Source: an uncultured bacterium
GTDB lineage: Bacteria > Zixibacteria > MSB-5A5 > GN15 > FEB-12
Direction of reading: 5' to 3'
DNA: 64,000 nucleotides
Assembly (NCBI GenBank): GCA_965372795.1
Contig: CBDVDR010000014.1
Span: 1-64,000, forward strand
Made by a program: the position numbers and the translations under genes. Shown piece by piece: positions 57,084 through 64,000 of this stretch. Within the stretch, counting starts at the first letter, position 1. The number at the start of each line of letters is the position of its first letter. The notes beneath the pieces were generated by a model. That model had not been told where the DNA came from. It worked only from the letters and a program-made list of their open reading frames with translations, and searched no databases.

Positions 57084-59354
57084 TTGATAATTATTATATT
57101 TCACCAATATGGAGGAATGACAATGAAGAGATTCGCATTTACAGCCACTCTATCTATTTTCCTAATAGTGGCAATTCTCCTCACAATTAATGTTTGGGCT
57201 TCATCTTCACCAAACAACTCAAAAGCTTTAATCCTGGATAATTCAAAAGTATCTGCTTTAAATAAGCAATCATCCGAATTATCGACAACCAGTATTAAAG
57301 AAGAATTTAACGAAGATAAAGCAATATTTACTCCGCCGGAAACAACACCGTTTCAGGGTGGCGATGATATTGGTTCGGCAGCCCCTATTACCAGCATGCC
57401 GGCTTCAATAAGCGGTACAACAGATAGTTATACTGACGATTATCAGGAAAATTGTGATGGTACCGGTTCGAGTAATCAGCCTGATGTTGTATACTCGTAT
57501 GCACCGGCTGTGGATGAATATGTTGATATTTCTCTTTGTAATTCATCCTATGTTACAAATTTGTGGGTTTATGAGAATGATGCTACTACTCTGACAGCAT
57601 GTAATCGATTTGAACCTGCCTGTGGAAATCCTCGCTCTCAATTAACCAATGTTGAGATGATTGCAGGTAATACCTATTATATAGTTATTGATGGTGATTG
57701 GCAGCTTTCACCCGGATTTGGCACTTACCAGATGGAACTGTCTTCCATCCCTGTTCCAGTGTTGCATGATTCATCTTATGTCCATCCAGCACTTGCTGAT
57801 GCCGGAAATGGTAACCTGATTCTCGCTTATGAAGATAATAATTTGGATACTAATGGAATATGGACCGGATCAAACTTGGATGGTGTATTTTTAATGGGTG
57901 GAGTTTTTTGGTCAGGTCATAATATATATCCATCGGTAGCATATTGGGGACAAGATTCTGTGTTCTATGGCACTTACGTTGAAGAAGGTACTGGAAATAT
58001 ACATGTATTAGATTTACATCATCCTACTGATAATGGTTTATGGAGCAATTCTTTCTGGGATTACTCTACTTATGGATGGCAAAATCTGAGTATTATTGAT
58101 ATTGCAACCGATGATTCGCAACCTTTTGCTGAACAGCCGGGTTACAGATTCGGTCTAGTCTCAATGGTGCACAATACAACTTATACTACCCCCTCAATAG
58201 TTGATGGACCGTTTCTTCTTTATGAAATTGACGGACCTGATATTGGCCGAGCAAATATAAGCTGGTACAACGACATGAACGGCTGTCTCAGTACATCAAT
58301 TAATATTGATAATACGACTTTGATGTCATATGCGGTATATGATCCATATAGTATTGCTGATGCTCAACGGCAATTATTTATTCGTTATGATAATTTTGAT
58401 GATATGGATGATGACGTTAACGCCGGTGGTTATACTTATAGTCTTGAACCTGGTGAAAATATTCAATATCCCGAAGTTTCCGCTCATGATGGAAATATTC
58501 TGGTTGTATGTGAATATTTCACTGATACTGCTCCTGATGACAGAGATATCATCTGTTATTATGCTCCGGGAGGTGATGTCGCGAATTTGAGTACTTCAAT
58601 AGTAATGGCAACCGTTGAAGATGAACGATTCCCAAGAATCGAAAATGTATTCGGAAATACCTTTGTCTGTACATATATCTCAAATAATGTTCTGTATATG
58701 GTACTTTCAGATGATGGCGGTGCAACCTGGGGAATTCCTGAGGCAATGAGCGATGCTGATGAAGTCGTCTCAGAATATCATGCCTCTGACATTACAGAAA
58801 AAGGCTCTAAACTGATCTGGGAATACCGGATAGCCGGAGACCCGGATACAAGTATTTTCCTACATTTTGGACCTTCCAATCTTGTAACAGACTCCGATAA
58901 TGACGGCGTTTCTGATGAATTCGACAACTGTTTGACAACTGCAAACCCAGGTCAGGAAGATGCTGACGGTGATGGTATTGGAGATGTTTGTGATGATTGT
59001 ACCGATACCGACAATGACGGTTACGGTGACCCCGGATTTCCTGCTAACACCTGCGGACTTGACAATTGCCCTACCACTTATAATCCCGGACAAGAAGATT
59101 CCGGTAGTGAAAATATAGGTGATGCCTGTTGTTGTATAGATTATAGAGGTGATGTCGATTATGATGGTGATATACTGATTTCTGATATAACCTTTTTAGT
59201 CGATTACCTTTTTGGAGGCGGCGCTCCCCCACCCTGCCCATTTGAGGGCGATGCTGACGGCGGCGGCGGCGATACTCCGGTAAATATCTCCGATCTCACT
59301 TTTTTGGTTGAGTACATGTTTTCTGGAGGTATAATCCCCCCAAACTGCCCGTAA
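57084..59354 (+). CDS. Secreted protein with PPC-like domain, BNR-containing propeller-like region, thrombospondin type-3 repeats and dockerin-like C-terminus
   Basis: PDVVYSY..ISLCNS..GNTYYIVIDG; SDDGGATW; DNC..ANPGQEDADGDGIGDVCD; CCC..RGDVDYDG..ISDITFLVDYLF..NISDLTFLVEYMF..CP. Likely start ATG 57123. Confidence 0.85.
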   Translation: MIIIIFHQYGGMTMKRFAFTATLSIFLIVAILLTINVWASSSPNNSKALILDNSKVSALNKQSSELSTTSIKEEFNEDKAIFTPPETTPFQGGDDIGSAAPITSMPASISGTTDSYTDDYQENCDGTGSSNQPDVVYSYAPAVDEYVDISLCNSSYVTNLWVYENDATTLTACNRFEPACGNPRSQLTNVEMIAGNTYYIVIDGDWQLSPGFGTYQMELSSIPVPVLHDSSYVHPALADAGNGNLILAYEDNNLDTNGIWTGSNLDGVFLMGGVFWSGHNIYPSVAYWGQDSVFYGTYVEEGTGNIHVLDLHHPTDNGLWSNSFWDYSTYGWQNLSIIDIATDDSQPFAEQPGYRFGLVSMVHNTTYTTPSIVDGPFLLYEIDGPDIGRANISWYNDMNGCLSTSINIDNTTLMSYAVYDPYSIADAQRQLFIRYDNFDDMDDDVNAGGYTYSLEPGENIQYPEVSAHDGNILVVCEYFTDTAPDDRDIICYYAPGGDVANLSTSIVMATVEDERFPRIENVFGNTFVCTYISNNVLYMVLSDDGGATWGIPEAMSDADEVVSEYHASDITEKGSKLIWEYRIAGDPDTSIFLHFGPSNLVTDSDNDGVSDEFDNCLTTANPGQEDADGDGIGDVCDDCTDTDNDGYGDPGFPANTCGLDNCPTTYNPGQEDSGSENIGDACCCIDYRGDVDYDGDILISDITFLVDYLFGGGAPPPCPFEGDADGGGGDTPVNISDLTFLVEYMFSGGIIPPNCP

Positions 59355-59371
59355 GGGAAAGAACTACATAT

Positions 59372-59405
59372 AAAAAAGAGGAGCGGCTATGGCTGCTCCT
59401 TTTTT
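59372..59405 (+). terminator. Intrinsic terminator
   Basis: AGGAGCGGC-TATG-GCTGCTCCT followed by a T tract. Confidence 0.85.
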
Positions 59406-59591
59406 GTAAATACTAAATCTGGATATTATATGTTGTCATTTCGTAATAACCTAAAACCCTATATCCTCTTAAAAAATCTTAAATAATACTACAAAATAAG
59501 CATTCTAAACCTTATACAGTTGATTTTCATAATTTTCTGATGTATATATTTTACGGAAATTAATTTAATCATGACTTGATAAGGTTTCAAT

Positions 59592-60566
59592 ATGAAAAAA
59601 ATAATCGTTACCGGTGCAGTTGGCCAAATCGGATCCGAACTCACAACCTCACTTCGCCAAAAATATGGAGAGTCCAATGTTATCGCCACTGATATTCGTA
59701 TGCCAACTGATACAAAACTTCGTGATGGCGGTCCGTTTGAATTTCTTGACTGTCTCGATCCTCATCACATTACCCGCGTTATGCAGATTCATCAGGTTGA
59801 TACGATTTTCCATCTTGCCGCTGTACTCTCTGCTATCGGTGAATCCAAACCTAATCATGCCTGGCAAATAAACGTGAACGGCTTATACAATATCATTGAA
59901 GCTGCTCGCCAGTATAATTGTGCTCTTTTCTTCCCTAGTTCAATCGGAGCCTTTGGACCCTCGACTCCCCCTGATAAAACTCCACAGGTCACTATTCAAA
60001 GACCGGAAACGATGTATGGCGTTACAAAAGTCGCTGGTGAGCTGGTTTGTGATTACTATCATAAACGATTTGGCTTGGATACTCGCGGGTTGAGATTCCC
60101 GGGGTTGATTTCCTATGAAACGGAACCGGGTGGCGGAACAACTGACTATGCCGTCGAAATTTATATCGAAGCCCTTCGTCATAAAAAATATTCTTGCTAT
60201 CTGACTGAAAATACATCTTTAGACATGATGTATATGCCGGATGCTATCAGAGCTATAATTGAACTAATGGAAGCGGATCCGGATAAACTGAAAGATCGTA
60301 ATGCGTTCAATGTTACAGCAATGAATTTTACACCTTCACAGATTGCTAAAGAGATTCAAAAACATATTCCTGACTTTGAAATAGATTATAAAGTTGATCC
60401 GGTTCGTCAGGAGATCGCTGATTCCTGGCCTAACTCACTTGATGATTCTGCGGCAAAAGAACAATGGGGATGGAAACCAACCTTTGATCTTAAATCAATG
60501 ACAGAAGATATGCTGGATAAATTAGCCGACCGGGTGCAACTTCCTCAGGAACAGAAGACACGCTAA
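59592..60566 (+). CDS. tdh: L-threonine 3-dehydrogenase (SDR/epimerase type)
   Basis: TGAVGQIG, HLAAVLSA.GE, PSSIGAFG, YGVTK, PGGGTTDYAVEI, MMYMPDA; adjacent to kbl. Confidence 0.9.
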   Translation: MKKIIVTGAVGQIGSELTTSLRQKYGESNVIATDIRMPTDTKLRDGGPFEFLDCLDPHHITRVMQIHQVDTIFHLAAVLSAIGESKPNHAWQINVNGLYNIIEAARQYNCALFFPSSIGAFGPSTPPDKTPQVTIQRPETMYGVTKVAGELVCDYYHKRFGLDTRGLRFPGLISYETEPGGGTTDYAVEIYIEALRHKKYSCYLTENTSLDMMYMPDAIRAIIELMEADPDKLKDRNAFNVTAMNFTPSQIAKEIQKHIPDFEIDYKVDPVRQEIADSWPNSLDDSAAKEQWGWKPTFDLKSMTEDMLDKLADRVQLPQEQKTR

Positions 60567-60581
60567 GTAAAGGAATACAAA

Positions 60582-61811
60582 ATGTCATTGAATAAATTTT
60601 CTATAGAACTTCAGAACAATCTGGATGAACTGTACAAAAGCGGAACTGCCAAAGGCGCTGAACAGGTTGTAGTAAAAGTCAATAAATCCACCGGTGAAAA
60701 AGGTCCGCGCTTTTTCCTTGAAGGTCACGGCGATAAAGAATTTATTAGAATGAATGCCAATTCATATCTTGGCATGTCCTTACGTGATGATGTGGTTAAA
60801 GCTGAAGAGGAAGCCGCTCTTAGTTTTGGCGTTGGTCCCGGAGCTGTAAGATTTATAAGCGGTACCTATAAAGTACACACTGATCTTGAAAAAAAACTGG
60901 CTGAATTCCATAAGCGTGAAGATTGTATGCTGACATCGGCGGCGTACACATCTGTTCTTGGCGTTATCTCGACACTGACTACACCGGAAACAATTATTAT
61001 CAGTGATGAATTAAATCATAATTGTATTATCAATTCGATGAAACTTGCCCGCCCAAAAGCTAAAAAAATATACACTCATCTTGATATGAATATGCTTGAA
61101 GAGCAGATTAAAGATTCAATCGGGCAGTGTGAAACTATTATTGTGATAACCGATGGCGTCTTCAGTATGCGGGGTGATTATGCTCCCCTTGATAAAATTG
61201 CGAATATTTGTAAAAAATATAATGATAAATTTCCAAAAGATATAGTGTTTGTCGTTGATGACTCTCATGGAGTCGGTGCCTTAGGTGCCACCGGAGGTGG
61301 TACTGAAGAACTTTGCAATGCTGATGGAATTGATATTCTCATCGCTACCTTAGGCAAGGCTTTTGGTGTTAATGGGGGTTACATAGTTTCCAACAAAACT
61401 GTTATTACTTATTTACGTGAAAAAAATTCTTTCTATATTTACACTAACCCGATTACCCCATCCGAAGCCGCCGCAGCCTATAAATCTATAGAAATTTTAC
61501 AAAGCTCCGAAGGTGCGCAGCTTTTGAAACATCTTAGCAAAATGACTAAAAAATTCGAAAACGGTTTAGTTGATCTGGGCTACGAAACAATCCCAAGTGA
61601 ACACCCGGTTGTACCGTTGATGGTACGAGATACTGAGAAAACGATAGCACTTGTAAAATATCTGCGAGATAACGGAATCCTCGCCACCGGTCTTAATTTC
61701 CCGGTTGTTCCTCAGGGTGATCAACTGATCCGATTCCAGGTTTCGGCTGACCATACAGAATTTGATATTGATTATGTGCTGAATGTTTTAAAAGAATTCA
61801 AATCAAAGTAA
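60582..61811 (+). CDS. kbl: 2-amino-3-ketobutyrate CoA ligase (glycine C-acetyltransferase)
   Basis: ANSYLG, VRFISGT, SDELNHNCII, TDGVFSMRG, DDSHGVG, TLGKAFG PLP lysine. Confidence 0.88.
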   Translation: MSLNKFSIELQNNLDELYKSGTAKGAEQVVVKVNKSTGEKGPRFFLEGHGDKEFIRMNANSYLGMSLRDDVVKAEEEAALSFGVGPGAVRFISGTYKVHTDLEKKLAEFHKREDCMLTSAAYTSVLGVISTLTTPETIIISDELNHNCIINSMKLARPKAKKIYTHLDMNMLEEQIKDSIGQCETIIVITDGVFSMRGDYAPLDKIANICKKYNDKFPKDIVFVVDDSHGVGALGATGGGTEELCNADGIDILIATLGKAFGVNGGYIVSNKTVITYLREKNSFYIYTNPITPSEAAAAYKSIEILQSSEGAQLLKHLSKMTKKFENGLVDLGYETIPSEHPVVPLMVRDTEKTIALVKYLRDNGILATGLNFPVVPQGDQLIRFQVSADHTEFDIDYVLNVLKEFKSK

Positions 61812-61871
61812 CTTCGTTACTTTAATCTTTAGATTTGTAAGCCCTTCTTTATTTATAATAAATTAGAGCAT

Positions 61872-62456
61872 TTAATTAATATTACAAACATGACAATCAA
61901 CCGGTGGCGGTGATCCCGGCACAAACATGAAATCAACAAAATAAGTGAGATCAGAAATACCTAAATCACAATCATTATTATTATCAAATTCTTCAGTACA
62001 AATCGGTGGCGGGGAACCGGGTACAAACATGAAATCAATAAAATAAGTAAGATCAGAAATACCAACCTCAGTATCCCCATTTGCATCTCCCGGCAAATCA
62101 CAACATTCAATAATTGGGATTTCCATAAATATTGTATCTTTCATAGTTGTCGGATGAATCCCACATAAATACGGAAATGGTCCCGGACCGTCTTCTAACA
62201 AAAATGCCACTTCAAAAAAAGACCCAACAGTGCTCATATTTCCCGAATTCCATTGCTTAGGTGAATCAATTGTGGAAGTAGTTGTATGAAAACCACTTGC
62301 CAAGGTCCATCGAACGGTATCTCCGGGTTGAACTACTGTTTTTTCTGGTGAAAAGAAAAAATCACCAAAACTGATTTGGTGAATAGTAGCAAAGACATTG
62401 GAATTCATTAAAGTCAAAAATCCTACTACTATCAGGAAATTTTTTACTTCTTTCAC
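61872..62456 (-). CDS. Secreted plastocyanin-like cupredoxin fused to a dockerin-like domain
   Basis: Signal peptide; FSP..V.PGDTVRW..HTTT..YLCGIHPTTM (His/Cys/His/Met type-1 Cu ligands); CCDLPGDANGD..ISDLTYF twice, ending VDCHVC. Confidence 0.88.
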   Translation of the reverse strand: MKEVKNFLIVVGFLTLMNSNVFATIHQISFGDFFFSPEKTVVQPGDTVRWTLASGFHTTTSTIDSPKQWNSGNMSTVGSFFEVAFLLEDGPGPFPYLCGIHPTTMKDTIFMEIPIIECCDLPGDANGDTEVGISDLTYFIDFMFVPGSPPPICTEEFDNNNDCDLGISDLTYFVDFMFVPGSPPPVDCHVCNIN

Positions 62457-62504
62457 AATAGAATCCTCTTTTATTCAATTTTTATATAAAACGATATGAT
62501 TGAC

Positions 62505-62600
62505 AAAAATAAAACAAACAGGGGCTATGACACCCCTGAATGCTATCCTGTTAAGACAGATATAGAGAGGAAACTCTTAAATCCAAAACAGGGATAATTC
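62505..62600 (-). promoter_or_regulatory. Structured 5' leader with intrinsic terminator (candidate attenuator/riboswitch)
   Basis: Long hairpin at 62538-62600 followed on the minus strand by CAGGGGT-GTCATA-GCCCCTG and TTTGTTTTATTTTT, about 50 nt before the cupredoxin start. Confidence 0.5.
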
Positions 62601-62835
62601 ACTTACCTATTTACCATTGAAAATTATAACATAATTTAATACTTAATTGTTCCTCTATCTTGGATTATTTTGATCTTTTTTAAGGTGTATTAGTTATCGG
62701 TCAAAATACTATCTATATTTAATTTTATTTTTGGGGTTGTTTGGAGAACAATACCAAGAAAAAGTATCAAAATTGCTTTTGTTGACTCCGATTTTATAAA
62801 AAGATAAATTTATACGTTCAAAGTTATAATCATAA

Positions 62836-63447
62836 TTGAAAGGAAATTCTGTGAAAAAATTAATTCTATTAGTTCTGATTGCTGCAATCCTCACCGGCTG
62901 TGGCTCATCAACAAAAGTCTACCGGATCGATGAAAAAACGGTAACCGATTTAAGTGGAAAATGGAATGACACTGATGCTCGTTTAGTTGCCGAGGAAATG
63001 ATCTCTGATTGTTTGTCACGCCCATGGTTGACTGATTTTGTTATGAAAAACAGTCAAAAACCGGTTGTGACGGTTGGCACTATTCGCAACAGGAGTGATG
63101 AACACATCGACACCGAAATTTTCTCTAAAGATTTCGAAAGAGAACTGATCAATTCATCTCAGGTTAGATTTGTTGCCAGCAGTGGTCAACGTGATGAACT
63201 TCGCGGTGAAAGAATGGATCAAAGCGAGTTTGCCTCAAAAGAAACCATGAAAAAACTTCGTGAAGAAACCGGCGCCGATTATCTTTTAATGGGCTCAATC
63301 AAAACTATCACCGATCAAGCTGAAGGTGTTCGGGTTGTATTCTATCAAACCGATCTGGAATTGATTGATATTGAAAGCATGGAAAAAGTTTGGATTAATA
63401 CTAAGAAAATTAAAAAAGAAATTTCCAAGTCTAAAACAAAGTGGTAA
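62836..63447 (+). CDS. LpoB-like lipoprotein (COG3417 type)
   Basis: LTGC lipobox, DLSGKWNDTD, IRNRSDEHIDT, GADYLLMGSI. Likely start GTG 62851. Confidence 0.8.
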   Translation: MKGNSVKKLILLVLIAAILTGCGSSTKVYRIDEKTVTDLSGKWNDTDARLVAEEMISDCLSRPWLTDFVMKNSQKPVVTVGTIRNRSDEHIDTEIFSKDFERELINSSQVRFVASSGQRDELRGERMDQSEFASKETMKKLREETGADYLLMGSIKTITDQAEGVRVVFYQTDLELIDIESMEKVWINTKKIKKEISKSKTKW

Positions 63448-64000
63448 ATCAGCGACACATATTTTCTTTGAAGTATATCTGTTTACCGCTTTTTGTCGGG
63501 TTGTTGCTATTTAGCGGATGTAGTTCTTTAGCGACGAAAAACAAATTCTATTCTCCGATCACTCAAGAGCTGCGCCAGAATAATTTTGACAAAGTTGTCG
63601 AAAAAATAGAACAAGCCCGACGTGAAAATAAATGGGCAGGCAAAGATAGATTCCTATATTATTTAGATGCCGGTTTAGCCCACCATTTTGCCGGCAATTA
63701 CGATTCGAGCAATTTGAGGCTCGCCGAGGCAGAGAGATCCGCCGATGAACTTTTCACTAAAAGCATCTCAAAAGCTGCAGCTTCAATCCTCTTAAATGAT
63801 AATGTTCTGGAATATGCCGGAGAGGATTATGAAATACTATACACCAATCTGATAATGGCAATGAACTATCTTGCCATGGGAAAATTTGATGATGCTTTTG
63901 TAGAGGTCAGAAGAGTTAATGAAAAACTCGAACTTTTGGATCGGAAGTATGCCGATGCTGCTCAACGGTATCAATCGCATTCTAAAGATGATACTACCGG
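63441..64000 (+). CDS. COG3014-like TPR lipoprotein, 3' end beyond the window
   Basis: Manual translation from GTG 63441: LLFSGC lipobox, KDRFLYYLDAGLAHH, LLNDNVLEYAGEDYE..N...AMNYL..DDAFVEVRR; usual neighbour of LpoB-like genes. Confidence 0.8.
   Translation, partial: MVNQRHIFSLKYICLPLFVGLLLFSGCSSLATKNKFYSPITQELRQNNFDKVVEKIEQARRENKWAGKDRFLYYLDAGLAHHFAGNYDSSNLRLAEAERSADELFTKSISKAAASILLNDNVLEYAGEDYEILYTNLIMAMNYLAMGKFDDAFVEVRRVNEKLELLDRKYADAAQRYQSHSKDDTT

Noticed and set aside
1..64000. Prophage, IS, integron, DGR or defence island
   Set aside because: No integrase, transposase, reverse transcriptase, phage structural or nuclease genes are recognisable. The kinases are TM receptor-type and the fibre-like gene has a Sec signal peptide.

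Overview
AT-rich bacterial chromosomal window of a diderm organism with about 40 CDS. I see no rRNA, tRNA, CRISPR array, integrase, transposase or reverse transcriptase. Three secreted proteins end in a Cys-flanked dockerin-like domain, which suggests candidate phylum Zixibacteria (inference). Signalling genes: two paralogous membrane Ser/Thr kinases with PD40/TolB propellers that share a 31-bp promoter, three paralogous multi-PAS hybrid histidine kinases, an orphan cheD, a BlaI/M56 pair, and a MshEN-REC-DUF4388 protein. Envelope and redox genes: a porin plus two multiheme cytochromes (about 14 and 32 heme motifs), an RND pump, OmpA, CBM9-DUF5916, large acidic surface proteins, and a cupredoxin-dockerin fusion. 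Housekeeping genes include a DEAD-box helicase, a U32 protein, tdh-kbl and an LpoB-like/COG3014 pair. Best candidates for something new: (1) cheD coupled to a histidine kinase that carries a Gln-rich, chemoreceptor-type methylation heptad repeat; (2) an edge-truncated fibre-like protein containing short peptides that match unrelated families such as HU; (3) a porin-cytochrome conduit with a 192-aa six-heme repeat and an in-frame TAA inside a CxxCH motif; (4) a possible attenuator upstream of the cupredoxin gene. All product calls come from motif recognition by eye, with no database searches.
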